DNA of 41,868 bases from Spirochaetae bacterium HGW-Spirochaetae-7 (GTDB lineage Bacteria > Spirochaetota > Spirochaetia > Treponematales > UBA12059), in assembly GCA_002839245.1 (NCBI GenBank), contig PGXR01000004.1:1-41868 (forward strand), given 5' to 3'. The notes beneath the pieces were generated by a model, which had not been told where the DNA came from, made no database searches, and worked only from the letters and a program-made list of their open reading frames with translations. A program made the position numbers and the translations under genes. This document shows, piece by piece, positions 26,701 to 34,166 of this stretch; positions within the stretch are counted from its first letter, which is position 1, and each line of letters starts with the position of its first letter.

Positions 26701-26770
26701 GCGTCTCGGTTTCCTTGCCGAGGCTCCTGAGCGTGGCCTTGAATTGCTCGATGTCCTGAAGTCTTGGCAT
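23702..26770 (-). CDS. Large membrane protein: acidic/proline-rich disordered N-terminal half, one TM segment, C-terminal TPR-like repeats
   Basis: 1022 aa. The N-terminal 380 aa or so are rich in D, E and P, including PEPEPEPEPETEPETE. The TM segment is VFVHSILPVLQILLLVAAGAGALFYLGYTFAY. The C-terminal half has repeated A..Y....G.Y..A...Y TPR-like helices. Confidence 0.75.
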   Translation of the reverse strand: MPRLQDIEQFKATLRSLGKETETLAQWGEAWQDMPPPPQGVPDDLAALLGPGPEAPGPESALDVPPDGTDFASFLDDLSTVDEPQGGETPADDFELPAGLEEMAEPPATVPDIADPIDDAPEDFSVPGSLLEDFESMIEDSSSQPDLTDELPEPGEIEEPMPDRETTAGPEEAEAEPGETFGLDDLETLSEIHGEDEQANAFSMPEFSDAEPFAAPPEPEPEPEPETEPETEVLPSFDLGSESMEGDSFDQFDLGGGQEGDGFAASVPDLGAEDFSRGAAPDDIEGQLASLEDKAPAAENFSLDTDWGGDFTIPGFEMGGEKSSAPARKAQVPAGAAPAGAFGEEPSKPREEKQARPVDLSDAQADALQDTLLSYPLNLRLAVEDIIANAKGTEAQQSDLIWMLVARANAKDAAKLSGRVLKRYIEIPAGFTKRSGAAFEAEKGSLRYVFVHSILPVLQILLLVAAGAGALFYLGYTFAYRPLHANSLYSQGRRQIDLNKYGESLEFFDRADKEWTMKGWHYRFAEAYAEKGQYPLAEAMYDRLLEKWPRETRAALDYARMEYDILSFDKTESVLQVHILQRDYFNQSALLLSALNYLAWADFSEQRYEGPDVPLVERLYEKARLQLATLMERHGRSDSYLELMLVYLIRTERYGGKDKLGEIRSLAEYFIGNRKSTWSAATLAELGDYLLGRNETEHVNAILLAAVNRDGSMPEAHAAMARWNRRSGFPQDELKALEFAARFFAETDAKSGLSIKRTKRYMDTLIRLGELRRENGRSLDAEDSFNQAIERYEQALSGLQLRRDPQYGKAYALLADIYYSERMDFDGALRLYSQAEANGWITPETDYRRGYIGYMRPSDDGTAALKFFYRAGLDANASPYLQWATANALYARGDYFAAQGYLSMLADRLQFELDTLALPSPQVKPSHAEIVELLTMTRNNLGAALYRVAERMGDARRRADAMVEFTESARLYDSLSRDQTSMIRSESKNLGFLNLDFVLHPLRGIDLGLYRTIPTEMTYPKK
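26077..26124. repeat. Four tandem 12-nt units (CGGTTTCCGGCT-like) encoding the (PE/TE)n tract
   Basis: cggtttccggct cggtttccggct cgggttccggct cgggttccggcg. This is a coding low-complexity repeat inside the TPR protein gene. Confidence 0.85.
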
Positions 26771-26907
26771 GGCGTTCGCTTATATTAACGGAATAAATTC
26801 AAGGATGTATAGGACGAAACGTCGACGCCGCGCAATTGCAGCCATCTTCATAAAGCGAAGCCCCCGGCATGCCGATACTGGAGGAGTATCACCATAATGG
26901 AGCCTCG

Positions 26908-27618
26908 ATGAAAATCCGGACCGTCCTGGCAGTCGCGTGCCTTATCTGCCTTTCGGCCACGCGCGGCGCCTACGCTTTCGACGTAACGTCGGTTGACCTG
27001 CACCTCTACCTGTCCGGGCTCAAGGAAGCGCGGGGACCGGTCGTTGTCGAGGAGCACCTGGTGCTGAGCGCTACCGGCCCGTACCGCTTCGTCGGGGCGG
27101 CGTTCTCCAACGAGGACTGGCGAACGGTCCATCCGTTCGAGGTAAACCGGTACGGCATCTTCGTCCTGGCGGTACCCATCCCCTACGGTGAGGCTACGAC
27201 GGTGCGGTATAGGCTTGTCCTCGATGGCCTGTGGGCAGCGGACCCGGTCAATCCGTCCGCCGAGCGCGACCGCGCTACGGGCATGCTGATGTCGCTGGCC
27301 AGGTTGCCCGGGCGGCCGATGACGGTGCTCGGCGTCTGGGATCCAGCCAGGGATGGCGGGGCGTCGTTCTATTTCGAGGCGGAACCTGGCCAGCGGATCA
27401 CCGTCGCGGGTTCCTTCAACGGCTGGGATCCCTTCATCCACGAACTCGACGAATCATCACCCGGACACTACGAGCTGTCGCTCAAGCTGCCTCCCGGCGA
27501 GTACTACTACGTCTTCGTATATCGCGGCGAACGGATCGCGGACCCGCTCAACAGGCGGCTCCTTTTCGGCGCAGACGGCCGGCCCGTCTCGGCGATCACG
27601 ATTGCCTCCAGCCGCTAG
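26908..27618 (+). CDS. Secreted protein with two CBM48/AMPK-beta-like (E-set) glycogen-binding-type modules
   Basis: I trimmed the track ORF to ATG 26908, which has GGAG 7 nt upstream. The signal peptide is MKIRTVLAVACLICLSATRGAYA. The second module, VAGSFNGWDP....L......G.YELSLKLPPGEYYYVFVYRGERIADPLN, matches the CBM48 pattern. The first module is more divergent. Confidence 0.7.
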   Translation: MKIRTVLAVACLICLSATRGAYAFDVTSVDLHLYLSGLKEARGPVVVEEHLVLSATGPYRFVGAAFSNEDWRTVHPFEVNRYGIFVLAVPIPYGEATTVRYRLVLDGLWAADPVNPSAERDRATGMLMSLARLPGRPMTVLGVWDPARDGGASFYFEAEPGQRITVAGSFNGWDPFIHELDESSPGHYELSLKLPPGEYYYVFVYRGERIADPLNRRLLFGADGRPVSAITIASSR

Positions 27619-28246
27619 GAAACCCGTCTTCCTGACCTAGCGCCTGGAGAATGGCGTCCGCGGCCGCCCTGACCGAAAGCGTTTCCATGTCCATGCGGCG
27701 CGACGATGGCCACCGGACTGCCAGCCTGTCGGCGATTTCTGGCCTTGCCACGACGATGCAGTCAGGCCGCGGATCCGGCATTCGAACTGCCGCCATGCGG
27801 GTCGACAGCGCGTCGAGGGCGGCGAGTGTCCGCGTCATGCCCAGGCCATGGTCAAGCTCCATCGGCCCGAGCTCGTCGACGAACGCTACGGGACGGCCGG
27901 CCGCGGAACCTGAAGCGGCGATGAACAGCGATGTCGCCTCGTCGGCCGCGCCGAGCGCGGCCATACAGAAGTCCCACATGCCGAAGCGTATCGTCCCGGG
28001 AACGCCCCGGTCCGGAAGCGGAACCCGCCGTTCGTCCGGAGGAACAGAGCGCGCCAGGCTGGCCGCTGCATGGCTTGGCCCCCGGGACAGGTCCCTCGCC
28101 AGGATCCCGACCTTGATGCCGTCTTCTAACACGGCTTCGCACAATACTCCCCCCATGACCGTCCCCGAGGATGCCAGAGCTGTTTCTGCCAGAACGCAGG
28201 CGCTCGTCTTGCCCGAGCCGCTTCTGCCCGAGAGCACGAGGATCAT
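27596..28246 (-). CDS. P-loop NTPase (THEP1/DUF2478-like)
   Basis: 216 aa. Walker A is LSGRSGSGKTS and Walker B is AFVDELGPMEL. The 3' end overlaps the convergent CBM48 gene by 23 nt. Confidence 0.6.
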   Translation of the reverse strand: MILVLSGRSGSGKTSACVLAETALASSGTVMGGVLCEAVLEDGIKVGILARDLSRGPSHAAASLARSVPPDERRVPLPDRGVPGTIRFGMWDFCMAALGAADEATSLFIAASGSAAGRPVAFVDELGPMELDHGLGMTRTLAALDALSTRMAAVRMPDPRPDCIVVARPEIADRLAVRWPSSRRMDMETLSVRAAADAILQALGQEDGFPSGWRQS

Positions 28247-28268
28247 GGCGCCCCTTCGGCCATGCCGG

Positions 28269-28949
28269 TCAGTCTTCGGGCGGCGCGAACGCTATGTCGA
28301 CCCGGGCTACGGGAATCGCTCCCTTGACGGCGAACGCGCGCAGGATTGCTTCGAGGGCGGCCGAGGCCTTGGACCGCAGTTCCGGATCGTCGAGCATCGA
28401 CGAGGCGGACTCGACGAAACGGGCCGTCAGGCCGCGGAGCGCCACCTCCTCCAGCCTGGATTCGTCCAGGAGGATGGAACGGTCGGTCGTCTGTATCCGT
28501 ATCGTGTCGGTGTGCACCGCCGGGGTCAGCATTGACAGGGGCGGCGCCGCGAACGACAGCGAACCGCCGTCAACCGGGACGTAGCGGGCCGACCAGCCCT
28601 CCGTCGAGTTCAGGTCTACGACGAACGACAGGTCGGCCCAGGCCGATGCCTCCACCGTGGCGTCCGACCGGATGCCGAGGAACCTGCCTATGGCGCTGTC
28701 GCCGAAAAGGAGGCCGGGCGTCGTCTCGCGCAGTTCCAGCCGTTGCCGTGCCTCAACGAGGACTATCTTGCCGGCTTTGGCCATGCCTTCGACATACGAC
28801 TTGAGGGTATCCTGGACGACGAGGGGATCCGGGCGCTTTGCCGCCATGAAGCCTATCGCGACTCCGGCCGCTATGAAGAAGGCAGCCGAGCAGAGGCCTA
28901 CGACGATTCCGGTGCGCAGCTCGCCGCCGCGCTTTGTCTTGGCTTCCAT
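28269..28949 (-). CDS. Membrane-anchored protein, DUF4230-like
   Basis: 226 aa with a single N-terminal TM segment (IVVGLCSAAFFIAAGVAIGFMAA). The size and architecture are as in DUF4230. The assignment is tentative. Confidence 0.45.
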   Translation of the reverse strand: MEAKTKRGGELRTGIVVGLCSAAFFIAAGVAIGFMAAKRPDPLVVQDTLKSYVEGMAKAGKIVLVEARQRLELRETTPGLLFGDSAIGRFLGIRSDATVEASAWADLSFVVDLNSTEGWSARYVPVDGGSLSFAAPPLSMLTPAVHTDTIRIQTTDRSILLDESRLEEVALRGLTARFVESASSMLDDPELRSKASAALEAILRAFAVKGAIPVARVDIAFAPPED

Positions 28950-29000
28950 ACCAGTACTATCCCGCCTTTCACCCGCATGTGCAAGTATCCCGCGGAATGA

Positions 29001-29531
29001 TCACAGCCGGATGACGCGCAGGCGAGGCGCGGAAGGCGTCCCCAGCAGCTCGTACAGCTTGACGTCAAGGCACGACGAAGACGGCGGCGCCTCGACTATG
29101 GCGAAGCTGGGTCCCCAGGGGCCGCGCGGGCGGGAGAGGCTTCCGGGATTGAGGATTGCGACGCCGCCGCGTTCCTCGTAATGGGGTACGTGCGTGTGGC
29201 CGAAGAAGAAGGCTCTTGCGCCGGCGTCCCTCGCCGCGCGCGCCAGGCAGGAGGTGCCCTCGCCAAGGGGGTAGCGGTGGCCGTGGGCGAAGATGACGAG
29301 CCTGCCAGAAGCGTCGAAGCAGCGAAGCAACGGAACCGAATGGTCAGAGTCTACGTTGCCGCGTACTGAATACGCCGGCGGCATCGGAACCCCGGAGCTG
29401 ATGGCCGACCTGACGTCGCCGGAACCGTCGCCCAGGTGGACCAGCGCCTGGACAGACCTCCCGAGCAGTCGCAGCACCGCCGCGAGGCTCCGCCAGTCGC
29501 CATGGGTATCCGAAACGACGAGCAGCCTCAT
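29001..29531 (-). CDS. YfcE/MJ0936-family metallophosphoesterase
   Basis: 176 aa. Motifs: MRLLVVSDTHGD, HLGDG, FAHGH and FFFGHTHVP. It shares an ATGA overlap with the upstream gene. Confidence 0.85.
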   Translation of the reverse strand: MRLLVVSDTHGDWRSLAAVLRLLGRSVQALVHLGDGSGDVRSAISSGVPMPPAYSVRGNVDSDHSVPLLRCFDASGRLVIFAHGHRYPLGEGTSCLARAARDAGARAFFFGHTHVPHYEERGGVAILNPGSLSRPRGPWGPSFAIVEAPPSSSCLDVKLYELLGTPSAPRLRVIRL

Positions 29532-30844
29532 CGCGGCCTCGTCTTCGAAAGAAACTCGTTGTTGGCCTTGAGGCGGGCCGCGAGGATCTCGACGAGACGC
29601 CTGGACGCGCCGGCGTCATGGGCGAGGAAACGCTCGAACAGGGCGGACGGCAGCACGAAAACAGTGCAGTCGGTGGCGGCGACCGCCCAGGCCGAGCGGG
29701 GTTCCTCGAGTATCCACGCCATCTCGCCGAAGAACTCGCCTTCATCGACCCTCGACATCGGGGCGGAGCGGATGCCGCCCGGGGGCGCCAGGTGGATTTC
29801 GACCGAGCCGTGGTACAGGTACAGCGCGCTCCGGTCGTCGTCGCCCCTGGAAAAGATGGTCTGGCCGGCGGAATACTCGCGCGCATAGCGCCTGAACAGC
29901 CGCGCGGGCTCGGAGAACAACGTGCGTTCAATTTTCCCCGCTGGCTTCTCGGATGAATCCAGCCGGTGGAAACGGGCGAACAGCAGCGAGTCGAAGAATT
30001 CGATGGTGTAGGTGAGCTCGGCGAAGAAGAAGTACAGCCAGAAGAAGAAATAGACCTTTATGAGCCCGACGATCAGGTTGCCGAGAATCCCGTACAGGAG
30101 GCCGTATCGATCGGCGTTCATGGTAAGGCCGAGCAGCGCTCCGAGCGCCGTGTAGCTCGCCACACAAAGCGCCGACGTAACGATGGCATGTGTCGGGCGC
30201 GGTCTTTTTGGCGGCATCGTCCTGTAGGTGAGCGCCACGAACAGCCACAGCGCCAAGGCGGGTACCATTCGTACGGAGACCCTGACCGTAAAACCGGCCA
30301 GGGCGGCAGCCGGTTCCCATTCTATGGCGGAGATCGTGGCGCGCGCGATCTGGCTGACTGCTATTATCGCCACGATGGCGACGATGGTGACGAGTTCCAC
30401 GGCGAAGGTCAGGATGTTCTCCCTCACCGGGTTTACCTTGACGGCCTTGGACCATATGACGCGGAAGCCCCGCTGTATCGATACGACGAACAGCCGCGCG
30501 GCCCAGACCAGGTTCACGAGGCCGAACGCGCCGGCGAAACCGGAAAGTGGCTTCGAGACGAAGGCGCGCGTGGCCTCCTTGCCGCCAAAGGCGCCCAGGT
30601 ACGGGCCGAGCAGCCCCAGGAGCTCGTCGGTGTCGAAGGAGATGGCGGCGAGCGATGACAGGTACACGATGACCAGAACGGCGGGCACAGCCGATAGGAG
30701 GAAGGAATACGCGCCGGCGGAAGCATGGTTCGCCATCTCGTCCCTCGAGAACTGCTCAAGGGTGAACAGCATCCTCTGGGTGACTGACTTGAGCAGGCGC
30801 GAGGCGGGTCTTCTGGTCGTCACTCCATGCAACGGAGCGCTCAC
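29528..30844 (-). CDS. YihY/BrkB-family membrane protein fused to a C-terminal cyclic-nucleotide-binding domain
   Basis: 438 aa with a GTG start forming a GTGA overlap with the upstream gene. The N-terminus ...HASAGAYSFLLSAVPAVLVI... is followed by about 6 TM segments. The C-terminus is ...GQTIFSRGDDDRSALYLYHGSVEI......GEFFGEMAWILEEPRSAWAVAATDCTVFVL. Confidence 0.75.
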   Translation of the reverse strand: MSAPLHGVTTRRPASRLLKSVTQRMLFTLEQFSRDEMANHASAGAYSFLLSAVPAVLVIVYLSSLAAISFDTDELLGLLGPYLGAFGGKEATRAFVSKPLSGFAGAFGLVNLVWAARLFVVSIQRGFRVIWSKAVKVNPVRENILTFAVELVTIVAIVAIIAVSQIARATISAIEWEPAAALAGFTVRVSVRMVPALALWLFVALTYRTMPPKRPRPTHAIVTSALCVASYTALGALLGLTMNADRYGLLYGILGNLIVGLIKVYFFFWLYFFFAELTYTIEFFDSLLFARFHRLDSSEKPAGKIERTLFSEPARLFRRYAREYSAGQTIFSRGDDDRSALYLYHGSVEIHLAPPGGIRSAPMSRVDEGEFFGEMAWILEEPRSAWAVAATDCTVFVLPSALFERFLAHDAGASRRLVEILAARLKANNEFLSKTRPR

Positions 30845-31290
30845 TTCATCATGGAAGCCAGCGTCTCCGGGTCGAGCCTGAACGGGCTGCCCTCGCCCTG
30901 GCAGAACCTGTGAGCCGCGAGGAGATGGATGGACAGGTCGGAATAGACCACCCTGGTGCCGGAGCGCTCGTCGACGGCTTCGACAGAGTTCTTGTGGAAA
31001 GTGCCATCGTGGAACGGGCAGGGCAGGACTCCCCTCGCGTCTCCTACCGTGACCACGAGGCTTTCGCCGACACCTGTGGGCTCGCCGAGTCCCTTCTGTC
31101 CGAAGTCCCTCAGCCGTTCGAGGAATGCCGCCGCGTCGTCGGGATCGACCCTGGCACGGCGAAAGGCTTCGAGGTCCGACTCGACGATGTCCGCGAAGCT
31201 CCTCGGGTCAGAGCCCAGAAATCCCTGCGCCGTGATCGCGCCCGGTTTCATCTGCGCGTACGCGTCCTTTTCCGCTTGCGTGTTCTTCAT
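30841..31290 (-). CDS. Hypothetical cytoplasmic protein (149 aa) directly downstream of nqrF
   Basis: Coding-like composition. The start lies 16 nt after the nqrF stop. It contains Cys/His-bearing segments LPCPFHDGTFH and AAHRFCQGEG. I recognised no family. Confidence 0.55.
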   Translation of the reverse strand: MKNTQAEKDAYAQMKPGAITAQGFLGSDPRSFADIVESDLEAFRRARVDPDDAAAFLERLRDFGQKGLGEPTGVGESLVVTVGDARGVLPCPFHDGTFHKNSVEAVDERSGTRVVYSDLSIHLLAAHRFCQGEGSPFRLDPETLASMMK

Positions 31291-31306
31291 ATATCCTCCG
31301 ATGGCG

Positions 31307-32428
31307 CTAGGCGAATTTATCGTAGTAGATGTTCGATGCGGATATCTCGTTCTTGGTCATCACGGCTATGCAGGCGTTTATCATGCCGGGACTCCCGCAG
31401 AGATAGCCTTCGAGGCCCTTGTCCTTGGCGACGCGGTCCTTGATGTATCGGTCGAGGACGTCGGTGATCAGGCCGACGTCTCCTTCCCATTTCTCCTCCG
31501 GTTTCGGTTCGGAGAGCGCCGGAACGAAGTGGAAGCGCGGCCATTCACTGGCGAGCTGCCTGAGCTCGTCGAGGTAGAACATGTCCCGCGTGGTCCTTGC
31601 CCCGAAGAAGTACCATATCTCCTTGTCGGGGAAAGCGTCCCGCTCCCGCATGTCGTAGAACATGCTCTTGAACGGGGCCATGCCCGATCCGCCGGCGACG
31701 CATACCATGGCCGAGGGCGTGTCGTGGACACGGAATTCGCCGAAGGGTCCGACAAGCTCGACCGAGTCGCCTTCCTTGAGCATCTTGTGCACCCAGGTCG
31801 TCGCGATACCGCCCGGAACCAGCCTGACCAGGAGTTCAACGTGGCCCGTGTCGCCGGGGCGGGACGACATCGAATACGCCCGCTGGACGCTTTCCTTGAT
31901 CTCGCCGTACGGCGGTACGACGATCTGCACGTACTGGCCGCAGACGAATTCGATGGCCTTGGGGTCGTCGAGCCTGAACGTCGTTTCCTTGATGTCGTAG
32001 GTGAGGTCTCGTATCTTCTCGACGGTCGCCTTGAACTTCCTGACGCTGAAGAGCTCCTCGGGCAGCTCTATGGCGATGTCCTTCTTGAGCTTGACCTGGC
32101 AGGAAAGCCTGACGTTGTCGGCCAGCTCCTGCGGGCTGAGGTATGGCGTCTCGGTCGGCAGGACCGGGCCGACGTCGGACAGCACGCGGACCTTGCAGGC
32201 GCCGCACGAGCCGCGCCCTCCGCAGGCCGACGGCACGAACAGGCCCTGCGATGCCAGCGTCCCGAGCAGGGCCGAGCCGCCCTGTACCTTGAACAGCTTC
32301 TTGCCGTGGTTGATGTCTATCGTCACCTCGCCGTAGTTGTTGACGACGCGGTCGACCAGTGCGATTACGAGGGCCAGGAAGGCGGCTGAGCCGGCGACGA
32401 CGAGCGGCCCGAGTATGATTGGGTTCAC
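31307..32428 (-). CDS. nqrF: NqrF-like subunit: TM anchor + plant-type [2Fe-2S] ferredoxin + FAD/NAD(H)-binding reductase
   Basis: 373 aa. Motifs: CGGRGSCGACKV...C (2Fe-2S), RAYSMSS (FAD), GGSGMAP (NAD) and a C-terminal YYDKFA-type tail. Confidence 0.88.
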   Translation of the reverse strand: MNPIILGPLVVAGSAAFLALVIALVDRVVNNYGEVTIDINHGKKLFKVQGGSALLGTLASQGLFVPSACGGRGSCGACKVRVLSDVGPVLPTETPYLSPQELADNVRLSCQVKLKKDIAIELPEELFSVRKFKATVEKIRDLTYDIKETTFRLDDPKAIEFVCGQYVQIVVPPYGEIKESVQRAYSMSSRPGDTGHVELLVRLVPGGIATTWVHKMLKEGDSVELVGPFGEFRVHDTPSAMVCVAGGSGMAPFKSMFYDMRERDAFPDKEIWYFFGARTTRDMFYLDELRQLASEWPRFHFVPALSEPKPEEKWEGDVGLITDVLDRYIKDRVAKDKGLEGYLCGSPGMINACIAVMTKNEISASNIYYDKFA

Positions 32429-32438
32429 GCGCTGCTCC

Positions 32439-33032
32439 TTACTGTACCGCTATCATGCCGGAGAAGCCGATGAAGGCCATCGCCATGAAGCCAATCGTTA
32501 TCATAGTGATGCCCGGTCCCTTGAGGCCGGCCGGCACCGGGTTCTTCTCCGTGCGCTCGCGTATGGCCGCCAGCAGCATTATCGCCAGCCACCAGCCCGC
32601 GCCGGAGCCCGCGCCGAACGCCACCGACTGGATGAAGCCGTAGCTCCTGATCTGCATGAAGAGAATGGCGCCGAGTATGGCGCAGTTGACGGTGATGAGC
32701 GGCAGGAAGATGCCCAGGCTCATGTACAGGGCGGGGCTCGCGCGGTCGATGACCATCTCGAGCACCTGCACGACCGCCGCGATGACGACGATGAACACGA
32801 TGAACGACAGGTATTCCAGGCCGAGCGGCGTTATGACATAGAAAAGGATGACCCAGCTGATGGCGGTGGTGATCGTCATGACGACGGTCACCGCCATCCC
32901 GAGGCCGAACGAACTCTTCCAGTCCTTGGATATCGAGATGAAGGAGCACATGCCGAGGAAATTCGACAGGAGTATGTTGCTCGTGAATATCGACGCGAAG
33001 AACAGCGTCACGGGATTGATAAGCGGCGTCAT
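32439..33032 (-). CDS. nqrE: NqrE/RnfA-family membrane subunit
   Basis: I trimmed the track ORF to ATG 33032, which forms an ATGA overlap with the nqrD stop. Sequence: MTPLINPVTLFFASIFTSNILLSNFLGMCSF...LPLITVNCAILG. Confidence 0.88.
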   Translation of the reverse strand: MTPLINPVTLFFASIFTSNILLSNFLGMCSFISISKDWKSSFGLGMAVTVVMTITTAISWVILFYVITPLGLEYLSFIVFIVVIAAVVQVLEMVIDRASPALYMSLGIFLPLITVNCAILGAILFMQIRSYGFIQSVAFGAGSGAGWWLAIMLLAAIRERTEKNPVPAGLKGPGITMITIGFMAMAFIGFSGMIAVQ

Positions 33033-33655
33033 TTTTTGGCCTCCTTGGCGACGGCCAAGCGCTTGGCCTGAAGGGTCTTGGCCCACCACATCACCATCGC
33101 GACCAGGAAGAACGCGCTCGGAGCCATGATCATGATGGTCCAGGTGACGAAGGCCTCGGGCATGATGCGGAATCCGAACAGCGTGCCGAAGCCGAGCAGT
33201 TCGCGCACTACCGCTATGGCCACGAGAACCGACATGTAGCCCAGGCCGCTGGTCAGGCCGTCCCAGAATGACAGCAGCGGCTTGTTGGCCTGTGCAAAGG
33301 CTTCCGCGCGTCCCATGAGGATGCAGTTCGTGATTATCAGCCCCACGTACGGCCCGAGCTGCTTGGAAACGTCGGGCAGGTAGGCCCGCAGCAGGATGTC
33401 GAGCAGTATCACGTAGAACGACATGACGACTACCTGGATTATCATCCGCACCTTGCGGGGAATCAGGTCCTTCATCGCCGACAGGGTCAGGCTGGAGAGC
33501 GCGGTCGCGAAGGTCACGCCCAGGGTCATGATCATGGTGTTGCGAAGGTTGTTCGTCACCGCGAGGGTCGAGCAGATGCCGAGTATCTGGATGAATATTG
33601 GATTGTTGGTCCAGAGATTGTCCTTGAGGACGGAATATGCCTTTGATTGCATCAT
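33029..33655 (-). CDS. nqrD: NqrD/RnfE-family membrane subunit
   Basis: 208 aa: ...LWTNNPIFIQILGICSTLAVT...GLIITNCILMGRAEAFA... Confidence 0.9.
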   Translation of the reverse strand: MMQSKAYSVLKDNLWTNNPIFIQILGICSTLAVTNNLRNTMIMTLGVTFATALSSLTLSAMKDLIPRKVRMIIQVVVMSFYVILLDILLRAYLPDVSKQLGPYVGLIITNCILMGRAEAFAQANKPLLSFWDGLTSGLGYMSVLVAIAVVRELLGFGTLFGFRIMPEAFVTWTIMIMAPSAFFLVAMVMWWAKTLQAKRLAVAKEAKK

Positions 33656-34166
33656 TTGACGCCTCCGGCCTTCAGCACTGCCAGGCCCTTGTTGACGATG
33701 GACTCGAACGACTGGCTCGTCCTCGTCGCGCCGGAAATGCCGTCGACGCGGCCGGGAACCACGGCTCCTCGATGCGGCCGCCGAGGCCCGGCGTCTCGTT
33801 CTGCGACACGACGCGGATGCCGCGCACCCGTTCGCCGTCAGGCGAGGCTGCCAGAATTATCCTGATGGTGCCCCAGAGCCCTGGTCCGGCCGATTCTATG
33901 GCTACGTATTCCACGCCGTCGATCGTCGACGTCCAGCTGTTGCCCCGCTCAAGTTCCCCGACCTGCGCTTCGTATTTGGCCGACGCGTCTACCGCGTCGG
34001 CATACGGTATGCCGAAGGCGCCGAGCACAGCCGACCGCGTCGCGAACAGCTTGTTGGCCGCTACCAAGGGTTTAGTCACCTCGTTCGCGACCGCGAGCAC
34101 TACCACGAAGGCCGCGCACACCGCGAAGGTGAAGAGGACGACGTAGAGAATCGAGTCTTTCTTCAT
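33652..34166 (-). pseudogene. nqrC: NqrC/RnfG-family FMN-binding subunit, reading frame disrupted near 33742-33760
   Basis: From ATG 34166 (ATGA overlap with the nqrB stop), frame A reads MKKDSILYVV...ESAGPGLWGTIRIILA...ETPGLGGRIEEPWF, then runs into non-homologous sequence and stops at 33672. Frame B reads (G)RVDGISGATRTSQSFESIVNKGLAVLKAGGVK* and ends in the expected ATGA overlap with nqrD at 33652-33655. Confidence 0.75.

Noticed and set aside
24869-26788. Plus-strand ORFs 24869..25525, 25728..26759 (343 aa, Ser/Gly-rich) and 26192..26788
   Set aside because: They are antisense to the 1022-aa acidic/TPR protein gene. The Ser/Gly-rich text is the complement of the Asp/Glu/Pro-rich coding strand.
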